Assembly: GCA_966076165.1 (NCBI GenBank)
Contig: CBHRAM010000001.1
Location: 1-47,536, forward strand
DNA: 47,536 nt
Reading direction: 5' to 3'
Source: an uncultured Chitinophagaceae bacterium
Lineage (GTDB): Bacteria > Bacteroidota > Bacteroidia > Chitinophagales > Chitinophagaceae
In this document: positions 36,142 through 45,226 of the stretch, in pieces
Layout of the letters: each line of letters opens with the position of its first letter
How positions within the stretch are numbered: position 1 is the first letter of the stretch
The notes under the pieces: generated by a model
Seen by the model: only the letters and a program-made list of their open reading frames with translations
Database searches by the model: none
Told to the model about the DNA's origin: nothing
Translations under genes and position numbers: made by a program

Positions 36142-37182
36142 ATGTCAGAAACACTAACACAAGCGGCACCTGTTTTAACTGCTAAGGATTTTGCAACAGA
36201 TCAGGAAGTGCGCTGGTGCCCGGGTTGTGGGGATTATTCTATTCTTGCACAGGTTCAGAAAGTGATGCCGAGCATCGGTATCCCGAAAGAAAATATCGTG
36301 ATCATCAGCGGTATCGGTTGCAGCAGCCGTTTTCCGTATTATATGAACACCTACGGTATGCACTCGATCCATGGCCGCGCAACTGCGATCGCCAGTGGTT
36401 TGAAAGCTGCCCGTCCGGAACTCAGTGTCTGGATCGTTTCTGGTGATGGAGATAGTTTAAGCATTGGTGGTAACCATACCATCCATTTGCTCAGAAGAAA
36501 TTTTGATGTGAATATGCTGGTGTTCAATAATCAGATCTATGGTCTTACCAAAGGACAATATTCACCTACTTCAGAAGTACATAAGGTAACCAAGAGTACC
36601 CCTTTCGGAAGTATCGATCACCCGTTCAATCCACTGGCATTGGCCATGGGTGCTGATGCAAGCTTTATTGCACGCAGTATGGACCGTGATCCGAAACATC
36701 TGCAGAGCATGCTTACCCGTTCTTATCAGCATAAAGGCTCTTCTTTCTTAGAGATCTACCAGAACTGTAACATCTTTAATGATGGTGCATTTGAGATCTT
36801 TACTGAGAAAGGAACCAAACAGGAAGAGACCTTATTCCTGGAGCAGGGTAAACCATTGATCTTTGGTGCCAACCAGAACAAGGGTATTAAAATCGACGGA
36901 CTGAAACCTGTGGTGGTTGAACTGGGCAATGGTGTAAGTGCAGATGACCTGTGGATCCACGATGAAAAAGATTTTTATAAAGCACAGATATTGATCCGCT
37001 TATTTGATGATCCAACCAAACCTGATGGACATTTCCCACGTCCGTTTGGTGTATTCTTTGAAACAGACAGGCCTTGTTATGAAGATATCATGACCTTACA
37101 GATCGAAGAAACCATTGCAAGTAAGGGCAAGGGTGATCTGGATAAACTGCTCCGTGGTAAAGAAGTTTGGGAGATCATGTAA
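36142..37182 (+). CDS. korB: 2-oxoacid:ferredoxin oxidoreductase beta subunit
   Basis: WCPGCGD, SGIGCSSR, HGRA, GDGD TPP motif, NNQIYGLTKGQYSPT. Confidence 0.93.
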   Translation: MSETLTQAAPVLTAKDFATDQEVRWCPGCGDYSILAQVQKVMPSIGIPKENIVIISGIGCSSRFPYYMNTYGMHSIHGRATAIASGLKAARPELSVWIVSGDGDSLSIGGNHTIHLLRRNFDVNMLVFNNQIYGLTKGQYSPTSEVHKVTKSTPFGSIDHPFNPLALAMGADASFIARSMDRDPKHLQSMLTRSYQHKGSSFLEIYQNCNIFNDGAFEIFTEKGTKQEETLFLEQGKPLIFGANQNKGIKIDGLKPVVVELGNGVSADDLWIHDEKDFYKAQILIRLFDDPTKPDGHFPRPFGVFFETDRPCYEDIMTLQIEETIASKGKGDLDKLLRGKEVWEIM

Positions 37183-37206
37183 TGGAGAGATAAACACATT
37201 CTATAC

Positions 37207-37235
37207 AAAAGCCCCTGCGATCGCAGGGGCTTTTT
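37207..37235. terminator. Bidirectional terminator
   Basis: AAAAGCCCCTGCGATCGCAGGGGCTTTT perfect palindrome between convergent genes. Confidence 0.85.
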
Positions 37236-37243
37236 ATTTGTAC

Positions 37244-37897
37244 TCATATTTTAGCGATCTCATTTCTCAGTGCAAACAATACCAGCCCGATCCGCGAAGC
37301 CACTTTTAATTTTTCGAATAGCATATCCCGGTATCCATCAACGGTTCTGGGACTGAGGTACATAGCAGCTGCAATTTCTTTATACGATTTATCGGTACAG
37401 AGCCAGCGGAGGAATTCTTTTTCCCGGTCGCCCAGTTCATTCAGGATGGCCTGCTCTCCCTGTTCATTGGGTTGCGCCCCCTGCAATGAGCCTACAATAT
37501 GTTTGTACAAAAGTGTATTGATATAAATACCCTTGCTCATCACATCCTGCAAAGCCTGTCTGAAATCGAGGAGTTCAGAATCTTTTAATAAATAACCTCT
37601 TGCACCGTTGCGCAGCATTTTAATGATGGAGCGCTCATCGTTCAGCATACTGATGGCGATGAATTTTAATTTGGGGTAATTAGCTGTGATCCACTGTGCC
37701 GTTTCATGGCCGTTCATAATAGGCATATTGATATCCATCAATACCAGGTCCGGCAGGTCATTGGGATCCAGCCATTTGGTGAATTCCATGCCATTATTGG
37801 CTTCATAGATCACTTTGAATCCGGGAATGGCATTTACTACAGAAGCGAGGCTTTGCCTCATCAGGATATGATCATCGATCATGGCAACCCTAAACAT
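37244..37897 (-). CDS. NarL/LuxR family response regulator
   Basis: IDDH, LVLMDINMP, GYLLK, SYKEIA...LSPRTV HTH. Confidence 0.93.
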   Translation of the reverse strand: MFRVAMIDDHILMRQSLASVVNAIPGFKVIYEANNGMEFTKWLDPNDLPDLVLMDINMPIMNGHETAQWITANYPKLKFIAISMLNDERSIIKMLRNGARGYLLKDSELLDFRQALQDVMSKGIYINTLLYKHIVGSLQGAQPNEQGEQAILNELGDREKEFLRWLCTDKSYKEIAAAMYLSPRTVDGYRDMLFEKLKVASRIGLVLFALRNEIAKI

Positions 37898-38168
37898 ATT
37901 GTACGTTTTAGTTTGAGAGAATAAGCGAATACACCCGGTGGTGCAGGAGGACTAATTTCAGCTTTATTGCCATGCCAAGATCGGGTGTTAGTACGTAAAA
38001 AAATACCGTTAAAACACCCAGTTTTTTGCGTAGAAGCCGTCTTGCGGAGTAGGGAGGGGTCATCTATTTTTACCCCGGATGAGAGCAGTTGGACTAGCTG
38101 TTCTATCCATTCAGTTTTCACAGGGGGTTACAAACAAACAGAGGCGGCACAAGGCCGCCTTTTTGTTA

Positions 38169-38293
38169 CCGTCATTGCGAGGAACGAAGCAATCTGTGCT
38201 TCGGATAATAGAGTGTTACAATTTTGAATTGTCTTTGAATAGCTTTTTATTGCAAGGTGTTAACTCAGGCTGCTTCGTTCCTCGCAGTGACGG
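38169..38293. repeat. Inverted-repeat element GTCATTGCGAGG...CCTCGCAGTGAC
   Basis: 27-nt arms (38169-38195 and 38267-38293), 24/27 complementary, 71-nt spacer. Confidence 0.85.
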
Positions 38294-38299
38294 GCATTG

Positions 38300-39184
38300 T
38301 TATGTTTCCTGCAAAGCCTTATCAGCCATTTCAAAAACCCGTTTTCTTTTCCAGTCGTACCAGGGTTTTGGGGCTGTCTTTTTCATGAGGGTATCAATAC
38401 TTCTCATCCCGAATAAATTCCATACGCCGGTTAATTTGCCGGAGAGAGAGGGTTGCAGGGCACGGAGGCTCATAGCAAAGCCGCTGTCGAGGTATTCCAT
38501 GTGGTGCCAGTAGCCAGCGGGCATAAATAAGGTATCACCATGATCCAGTATCACTTCATAGCCTTTTGCCTTGGCCAACGCTGGAAACTGTTGGTAATCC
38601 AGCTTGCTGTTCTGTTTATCATAATAATTACTGAAATCTGCCAGGCTTAATACTTCAAAGGGTTTTCGGTAAAGTTTATGCTGTTCTTCGTGTGGGAAAA
38701 GCAAGACCCTTTTTCTTCCGGCAAATTGGGTGTGCAGGATATGGCTCACATCAATATCAAAATGCATGTGGGTGATCGATGTTTGTCCGCCGGTAAACAG
38801 CATCGGGTATTTTTTTACAAACCCCTTCATCAAATGTTCGGGCCAGGTAAAATCTTTGGTCAGCTCGGGAGCATGGTCAAAAATATTGAAGAGAAAGATC
38901 CGCCAGCCCGCCGGGCCTTTGCTGATCATATCAATGTATTCACCAAAGGTCTTGTAATCGTCTGCCGTATTAATGGGTGTGTACGCATCGCTTTTTACAT
39001 TATTGTATAAAGCCACTTCCTGTTTGCCTACCAGTTCTTTAAAATATGCCCAGTTCCATTTTTCATAAGCGGGCCAGCTTTTGGCCAGGTTTTTAATGAC
39101 CAGGGGCTGTTGCGGGAAATAATATTGCTGTTTAAAGTCTGAGGGGCTGATATCATCTACCACCGGAACGGGTTGAAGTTGCAT
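38300..39184 (-). CDS. JmjC/cupin-8 Fe(II)/2-oxoglutarate oxygenase
   Basis: PLVIKNLAKSWPA, THMHFD (HxD), GDTLFMPAGYWHH. Start at ATG 39184. Confidence 0.88.
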   Translation of the reverse strand: MQLQPVPVVDDISPSDFKQQYYFPQQPLVIKNLAKSWPAYEKWNWAYFKELVGKQEVALYNNVKSDAYTPINTADDYKTFGEYIDMISKGPAGWRIFLFNIFDHAPELTKDFTWPEHLMKGFVKKYPMLFTGGQTSITHMHFDIDVSHILHTQFAGRKRVLLFPHEEQHKLYRKPFEVLSLADFSNYYDKQNSKLDYQQFPALAKAKGYEVILDHGDTLFMPAGYWHHMEYLDSGFAMSLRALQPSLSGKLTGVWNLFGMRSIDTLMKKTAPKPWYDWKRKRVFEMADKALQET

Positions 39185-39201
39185 GGTTGATTGATTTTGT
39201 G

Positions 39202-39209
39202 CAAAAATA
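39202..39209 (-). promoter_or_regulatory. -7 element for the JmjC gene
   Basis: TATTTTTG on the minus strand, upstream of ATG 39184. Confidence 0.5.
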
Positions 39210-39290
39210 CAATGTGTAAGGATTTTTTCAAAAGTCCTAAAGGTTAAAGGCTTCTTAAGGTAAGCTTGTACATTGTTCGTAAATTGCAGT

Positions 39291-39899
39291 ATGTTATTAA
39301 CGATACACCCCGATAATCCCAATGCAAGGCATATCAAAACCGTGATCGAATGTTTACTCGACGGAGGGGTGATCATTTACCCAACCGATACGATCTATGG
39401 TCTTGGCTGTGATATCTTTCAACCCAAAGCGATTGAAAGGATCGCGAGGATCAAGAATATCGATCCGGCCAAAGCACAACTGAGCTTTGTATGTTATGAC
39501 CTCAGCGATCTGAGTAAATACACCAAAAGTATTTCCACGCCCTTATATCGTTTACTGAAAAATTATTTACCCGGGCCTTATACATTTATCTTACCGGCAA
39601 GTAAGGAAGTGCCTAAGATCCTGCACAGCAAAAAAAATACCATCGGCCTTCGTGTGCCGGATAATAATATTGCCCGCACCATTGTTCATGAACTCTCACA
39701 TCCCTTGCTTTCCGCTTCATTACCCGGTGAAATGGTGGAAGAATATACCGATCCGGAACTGATGCATGCCAATTTTGAAAAACTGGTGGATATTGTCATT
39801 GATGGCGGCATTGGGGGAATGATCCCTTCAACGATTGTAGACTGTACGAAAGATGAGTATGAAGTGATCAGGGAAGGGGCGGGAGTTTGGGAAGAATAA
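39291..39899 (+). CDS. Sua5/YciO/YrdC family (threonylcarbamoyl-AMP synthase-like)
   Basis: IHPDNP, YPTDTIYGLGC, LPGPYTFIL, IGLRVP, PSTIVD, REGAG. Confidence 0.92.
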   Translation: MLLTIHPDNPNARHIKTVIECLLDGGVIIYPTDTIYGLGCDIFQPKAIERIARIKNIDPAKAQLSFVCYDLSDLSKYTKSISTPLYRLLKNYLPGPYTFILPASKEVPKILHSKKNTIGLRVPDNNIARTIVHELSHPLLSASLPGEMVEEYTDPELMHANFEKLVDIVIDGGIGGMIPSTIVDCTKDEYEVIREGAGVWEE

Positions 39900-39912
39900 A
39901 ATCAGGTCTATT

Positions 39913-39996
39913 CCTTGCGTAACCTTGTTCCTTTGCGTCTTTGCGGTTAATCCTTCTTCTCACCGCAAAGACGCAAAGGAACAAGGGTTCGCAAGG
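39913..39996. repeat. Long CGCAAAG-family hairpin between convergent genes
   Basis: 35-nt arms 33/35 complementary, 14-nt loop. Confidence 0.85.
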
Positions 39997-40006
39997 TTAA
40001 ATCACT

Positions 40007-40609
40007 TTAGCGAAACCCCAGCTCCGACTGCAACGGCAGAATATTATAGCTCTTCCGGTGATATTTACACAAACCAAATTGCTCAATCGCCTTTCTGTGT
40101 TGTAAAGTTCCATACCCTTTATTCTTATCCCAGCCATACTGCGGAAATTCTTCGTGCAGCTGTTTCATATAAGTATCACGGAATGTTTTGGCAAGGATGC
40201 TGGCGGCGGCTATATTGGCATATTTGCCATCGCCTTTGATGATGCAGTGATGCGGCGTTTTTTTATAAGGAACGAAACGGTTCCCGTCTATCAATAATAA
40301 TTGCGGTTTGGGTTTTAACTGGTCAATGGCCAGGTGCATGGCTTTAAAAGAAGCTTTGAGGATATTGATCTTATCAATTTCTTCATTGTCAATACTGGCC
40401 ACGGCCCAGCTGATGGCAGCAGATTGGATAATTTCTTTCAGGAGATCCCTGTCTTTTTCAGCCACCTGTTTACTGTCGTTGAGCAGGGGATGATAAAAAT
40501 CAACCGGCAGGATCACGGCAGCGGCGAATACCGGCCCGGCATAGCAGCCCCGTCCGGCTTCATCGGCACCGGCTTCTCTCCATTCGGTTTGGTAACAGGG
40601 TTCTAACAC
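40007..40609 (-). CDS. rnhB: Ribonuclease HII
   Basis: GADEAGRG, LNDSK, INIL, IDGN, KGD, IAAASILAK, NKGYGT. GTG 40609 chosen; ATG 40627 or TTG 40645 are alternatives. Confidence 0.95.
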   Translation of the reverse strand: MLEPCYQTEWREAGADEAGRGCYAGPVFAAAVILPVDFYHPLLNDSKQVAEKDRDLLKEIIQSAAISWAVASIDNEEIDKINILKASFKAMHLAIDQLKPKPQLLLIDGNRFVPYKKTPHHCIIKGDGKYANIAAASILAKTFRDTYMKQLHEEFPQYGWDKNKGYGTLQHRKAIEQFGLCKYHRKSYNILPLQSELGFR

Positions 40610-40684
40610 CCGGTAAAGTTGAAACATCGCGGGTATATTTTCCAAATTGATTTGGCAAAATTCAGGCGAGGAAACTTATATCGG

Positions 40685-40692
40685 TAACTTTG
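40685..40692 (+). promoter_or_regulatory. -7 element for ctaA
   Basis: TAACTTTG upstream of ATG 40716. Confidence 0.55.
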
Positions 40693-40715
40693 GCCCGTTC
40701 AGAAACCGGAACTTT

Positions 40716-41771
40716 ATGCAAACAACAGAACGTTCTTCCCGGCTGGTGGCCACCTGGTTATTGATAGGGGTGGGTATGACGGTGATCCAGATAGCTTTAG
40801 GCGGCATCACCCGTTTAACCGGCAGCGGTCTTTCCATTACACAATGGGATGTGATCACCGGCTCGCTGCCTCCTTTGAATGAACAGCAATGGATGGCTGA
40901 GTTTGAAAAATACCGCCAAACCCCGCAGTTTCATTTACTCAATTTTGATTTTACGCTCTCCGATTTCAAATTCATCTTTTTCTGGGAATGGTTTCACCGT
41001 TTATGGGCAAGAACCATTGGCATGATATTCCTGATCGGGTTTGTGTGGTTCCTGGTAAAAAGACATTTTAAGAAAGAAATGGTACAGCCCTTACTGGCTT
41101 TGTTTTTCTTAGGGGCTTTACAGGGCGCTATTGGCTGGATCATGGTAGCCAGCGGACTCACCGGCGATGCCGTTTATGTACAACCCACCAAACTGGCACT
41201 GCATTTTATTTTTGCGCTGGGATTATTGTCTTATACATTCTGGTTTGCCCTGCAATTATTAGTACCGGATGCACAAAGAATACAAAACAGCTCACTCAGA
41301 AACTGGAACATCGGTATTTTGATGTTATTGGTGATCCAATTATTATATGGTGCCTTAATGGCCGGACATAAAGCTGCAACGGTAGCACCCACCTGGCCCA
41401 CGATTAATGGACAATGGGTGCCGGATAGATTAGCCACTGATCAATCATTTGGATTGAACCTGGTTAACAATACGATCCTGATCCATTTTATTCACCGCGG
41501 ACTGGCTTATCTGCTCTGCGTATTGATTGTAGTGTGGTCAATAAAATTATTTAAAACGAATGGCCCGGTTTTGTTTCAAAAAACCCGCCGTTTGCCATTG
41601 CTGATTGTATTGGTGCAAATTATATTAGGCATCGGCAGTGTACTAACGAGTACCGGTATCATACCTGGCCATTGGGGAGCATTTGAATGGATGGCGCAAT
41701 TGCACCAGTTAACGGGGATGCTTTTGTTATTGTCGTTGGTTACAACCCTTTTTATCATTCGTAAGAATTGA
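40716..41771 (+). CDS. ctaA: Heme A synthase (COX15/CtaA, type 2)
   Basis: GGITRLTGSGLSITQW, EWFHRLWAR, GWIMVASGL, LALH, HFIHR, QLHQ. Confidence 0.93.
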   Translation: MQTTERSSRLVATWLLIGVGMTVIQIALGGITRLTGSGLSITQWDVITGSLPPLNEQQWMAEFEKYRQTPQFHLLNFDFTLSDFKFIFFWEWFHRLWARTIGMIFLIGFVWFLVKRHFKKEMVQPLLALFFLGALQGAIGWIMVASGLTGDAVYVQPTKLALHFIFALGLLSYTFWFALQLLVPDAQRIQNSSLRNWNIGILMLLVIQLLYGALMAGHKAATVAPTWPTINGQWVPDRLATDQSFGLNLVNNTILIHFIHRGLAYLLCVLIVVWSIKLFKTNGPVLFQKTRRLPLLIVLVQIILGIGSVLTSTGIIPGHWGAFEWMAQLHQLTGMLLLLSLVTTLFIIRKN

Positions 41772-41837
41772 TTGACGAATTAGCGGATTGCGGATTCGCG
41801 AATTACAATCCGTTAATCCACCAATCCGATAATCTGC
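41770..41837. repeat. Inverted octamer arrays GATTNGCG / AATCCGNN
   Basis: GATTGACG AATTAGCG GATTGCG GATTCGCG, then AATCCGTT AATCCACC AATCCGAT AATCTGC. Confidence 0.7.
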
Positions 41838-41879
41838 AAGCACATGCAGCAAAGATTTTGAAATAGTACTCTTATTTAT

Positions 41880-44102
41880 ATGAAGCAATACCTGATTGGT
41901 TTCTGGCGGTCCTTGCCTGTGCAGCTATTTCTGTTGCACTTTCGCCGTTACCAGGTATTTCTGGTGCTTTGGTATATCCTGTTTGCTACCGTAGCCGGAA
42001 ACTTCATGTTCACTTTTGGTGCCAACTCCCTTTTTCTGGCACCGGAATATTTTGGTGATGTAACGGCACTCAGTACTGCTATCGTAGGGTTTGCCATTGG
42101 TATCTTTTTTATGAGCTGGAATATCACCACGTTTATCCTGCATAGTAAAAATGTTTTATTTCTCGCAACCACCGAACAGCCATTTCTTAAATACTGTATC
42201 AATAATGCGATCATACCGCTGGCCTTTCTTTTCTTTTACCTGATCAAAGCGGTTGATTATGCCCGTTACCAGGAATTGTTTCATGGTATCAAGATCCTTG
42301 GATTGGTTGGTGGGTTTACCGGCGGGATCATTCTTTCTGTGGCTATTTCCTTTATTTATTTTTTCGGTGCCGATAAGACGATCTATTATACCATGGGGGC
42401 GGTAATGAACAAAGCCAACCTGGAATATGAGCTGGCCATTAAAAAAACAACCCTGCCCGAACAGAAAACAGAACTGCAGGTTGACTGGTTTTTAAGTGCC
42501 GGTTTCCGCCTGAGAAAACCAAGGGATATCAGGCATTACAGCGATGATTTTCTGAATGCGGTCTTCAAACACCATCATGTAGCAGCCGTGATCGCTATTA
42601 CTTTCTCTTTTATTTTTTTGATACTGGTGGGCTATTCTTCTGATGCGAGATTGTTTCAACTGCCGGCTGCCGCAAGTATCACAATTCTGTTTGCCATCCT
42701 GATGGCAGTGGCCGGGGCGATCTCTTTGTTTTTGCGTACATGGAGTATCCCCGTGATAGTTGTACTCTACATCATCCTCAATATTCTTTATCAAAAAGAG
42801 ATCATTGACCCGCGCAGTAAAGCTTTTGGCCTGAACTACAGTAACCGGAATGAAAGGCCTGTTTATAGCCGCGAAGCCATCAGCGAGCTGGCCAGTAAAA
42901 AAAATATCGAAGCGGATAAAAAATATTTCATCAATCTGTTAGATAAATGGAAAGCCAGGCAGAAAGAAGACCTGCCGGTTTTATACATCATTAATACAAG
43001 CGGTGGCGGATCAAGGAGTGCAGCTTTTACGATGAATACTTTGCAAAGACTGGATAGCGTTTTAGGCGGACAATTAATGCGCCAGACATTTCTGATCAAC
43101 GGTGCTTCGGGTGGTATGCTGGGTGCGGCTTATTTCCGTGAATTGTATTACCGTAAAATGAAAGGAGAGAAGATCAACCTGCAGGATAAACAGTATACAG
43201 CCAATATTTCGCATGATCTGTTAAGCCCGCTGTTCTCCTCTTTTGTATCCAGGGACCTGATCGGGCCGGTGCAGAAATTTACCGTGAATGGTTTTGACTA
43301 TGCCAAAGACAGGGGCTACGCGTTTGAGCAGAAACTGGATGAGAACACACAAGGTGTATTGGCCAAACCATTAAAAGAGTATGCTGCGCCGGAAGCCAAT
43401 GCAGAAATACCCACCATGCTGTTCAATTCGGTGATCACACGTGATGGAAGAAAAATGGTGATTGGTACACACCCGGTTCGGTTTTTAATGCGGCCGGATG
43501 CAGATAGCAGCAAGATCATGTCGGTTGACCCGGATGCGGTTGATTTTAATTCCTTCTTCAGCAAGCAGGATCCTTTGCAGGTGAATATTTTATCTGCCCT
43601 GCGCATGAATGCTACCTTCCCTTATGTATTACCCAATGTGTGGTTGCCTACTAACCCCGGCATTGATGTAATGGATGCGGGGCTGCGCGATAATTTCGGA
43701 CAGGAATCCTGTCTGCGTTTTATCAATGTATTCAGGGAATGGCTGGAAATGAATACGAGCAAAGTGGTTTTACTGCAGATCCGCGACAGGAGCCTGGGTG
43801 ATTGGGATAAACCTTATGAAAGCAATAATCTCATCAGCCTGATGACAAAACCGTTTTTATTATTGCAGAATAACTGGTTTAAGATCCAGGATTATTATCA
43901 GCACGATCAACTGGAATACCTGGCCAATTCTTATGGCCCTGAATTTTACCGGGTATGTTTTCAATATGTGCCATCTAAAAATGATGCACCGGCAAGTTTG
44001 AGTTTTCACTTAACGGCTGCAGAGAAAAGGGATATTGCGCAGGCATTGGATAATGCTGCCAATAAGGAACAAATGGAACGGCTGAAAAAACTTGTACACT
44101 AA
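41880..44102 (+). CDS. Multi-TM membrane protein with C-terminal patatin-like phospholipase domain
   Basis: About 7 N-terminal TM segments; SGGGSRS oxyanion loop, GASGG nucleophile, MDAG catalytic Asp. Confidence 0.8.
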   Translation: MKQYLIGFWRSLPVQLFLLHFRRYQVFLVLWYILFATVAGNFMFTFGANSLFLAPEYFGDVTALSTAIVGFAIGIFFMSWNITTFILHSKNVLFLATTEQPFLKYCINNAIIPLAFLFFYLIKAVDYARYQELFHGIKILGLVGGFTGGIILSVAISFIYFFGADKTIYYTMGAVMNKANLEYELAIKKTTLPEQKTELQVDWFLSAGFRLRKPRDIRHYSDDFLNAVFKHHHVAAVIAITFSFIFLILVGYSSDARLFQLPAAASITILFAILMAVAGAISLFLRTWSIPVIVVLYIILNILYQKEIIDPRSKAFGLNYSNRNERPVYSREAISELASKKNIEADKKYFINLLDKWKARQKEDLPVLYIINTSGGGSRSAAFTMNTLQRLDSVLGGQLMRQTFLINGASGGMLGAAYFRELYYRKMKGEKINLQDKQYTANISHDLLSPLFSSFVSRDLIGPVQKFTVNGFDYAKDRGYAFEQKLDENTQGVLAKPLKEYAAPEANAEIPTMLFNSVITRDGRKMVIGTHPVRFLMRPDADSSKIMSVDPDAVDFNSFFSKQDPLQVNILSALRMNATFPYVLPNVWLPTNPGIDVMDAGLRDNFGQESCLRFINVFREWLEMNTSKVVLLQIRDRSLGDWDKPYESNNLISLMTKPFLLLQNNWFKIQDYYQHDQLEYLANSYGPEFYRVCFQYVPSKNDAPASLSFHLTAAEKRDIAQALDNAANKEQMERLKKLVH

Positions 44103-44134
44103 CTTTTGGAAAGGTGAAAACTTTCCAAAAGGTT
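44101..44134. terminator. Hairpin between convergent genes (REP-like or terminator)
   Basis: CTTTTGGAAAG / CTTTCCAAAAG. Confidence 0.6.
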
Positions 44135-44137
44135 GTT

Positions 44138-45040
44138 TTAAGCCTGTATCAGATCAAAACAGTCTTTCAAAATCTCGATCTCAAATTCTTCTGAAGTCTC
44201 CCTGGGTTCTCCGTCAATATGCAAGGGTGCATATTTCAGATTTTTGATCGTAAGCGAAGTGGTTTGAAAATAGAGGATATTCTTCTCACTCATCGATTCT
44301 ACCAGCTCCTGCAGTTTATTATTACTGCGGATATGTTTCAGCATCACAAAAGGCAGTTTAGCTTTGTTCATTTTCTGAACGATCACAATATCCAGTAAAC
44401 CATCATGCAGATTAGCCTGCGGGGCAATGGTAAAATTATTGCCAAACTGGTTGCTGTTGGCTATGCTGATAAAAAAAGCATCGGTAAAAAAAGAAAAACC
44501 GTCAATCACCACTTCAAACTGGTAAGGATGTGCTTTAAAAAAGTTGACAATACTCTGTTGCGTATAGGTAAGTAAACCACGCGAAGCTTTTGTTGCAAAA
44601 TCATGTGCCACCTGTGCATCAAAACCAATACCGCTAAGCATACAGGCATATTGGTTATTGATCAGGAATGCATCTACTTTCTTTGACCTGCCTGTAAAGA
44701 TCATGGCCAGTGCCTGTTGTGGCTTGGTAGGGATACCTGCACAACGGGCCAGTCCATTGCCAGAACCCATCGGTATGATGCCAAACCTCACATTCACACC
44801 CCGTAAAGCGCCGGTAACCTGGTTAACCGTGCCATCGCCACCGGTCATTACAACGTCGGTAATTTTTTCGCGGATGATCTTATCTTTCAACCAGTCATAA
44901 TCACCGTCTGCATTGGTATGCGTTATTTCAAAAGCAATACCCTGGGCTGTGGTCTCTCTTTCGATCAGTTTCTTGATCGCTTCTTTTTTAGAAGTACCCG
45001 ATATAGGATTAACGAGATAAATTATTTTTCTGTCACTCAT
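44138..45040 (-). CDS. Diacylglycerol/lipid kinase (YegS/BmrU family)
   Basis: NPISG, GGDGT, IPMGSGNGLAR, GIGFDA, DGLLD, HIDGE. Confidence 0.92.
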   Translation of the reverse strand: MSDRKIIYLVNPISGTSKKEAIKKLIERETTAQGIAFEITHTNADGDYDWLKDKIIREKITDVVMTGGDGTVNQVTGALRGVNVRFGIIPMGSGNGLARCAGIPTKPQQALAMIFTGRSKKVDAFLINNQYACMLSGIGFDAQVAHDFATKASRGLLTYTQQSIVNFFKAHPYQFEVVIDGFSFFTDAFFISIANSNQFGNNFTIAPQANLHDGLLDIVIVQKMNKAKLPFVMLKHIRSNNKLQELVESMSEKNILYFQTTSLTIKNLKYAPLHIDGEPRETSEEFEIEILKDCFDLIQA

Positions 45041-45060
45041 CACTATAATATTCTTAGATA

Positions 45061-45130
45061 TGGTGTAGTCACCAACATCATTTTATTTTATTAAAATCCT
45101 TTCTGTTGCTGCTGATAACACCAGCAACGG
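45061..45130. repeat. Degenerate REP-like palindromes
   Basis: TGGTGTAGTCACCAACA and CTGTTGCTGCTGATAACACCAGCAACGG in inverted arrangement. Confidence 0.4.
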
Positions 45131-45226
45131 CAGAACAACCGCTTGTTTAAGAAAGCGGGCAAGTTACTGTTTTATCATTCATCAAAAATCATAAAACTAT
45201 CCTACAAAAATCTGGGAAACCGGCGG

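Noticed and set aside
37879-38513. ORFs of 80, 86 and 144 aa between the response regulator and JmjC genes
   Set aside because: No recognisable motifs; they overlap a repeat element or real genes and are probably spurious.
40716-41771. ctaA located about 29 kb from the oxidase cluster
   Set aside because: Heme A synthase genes are often unlinked from cox operons.
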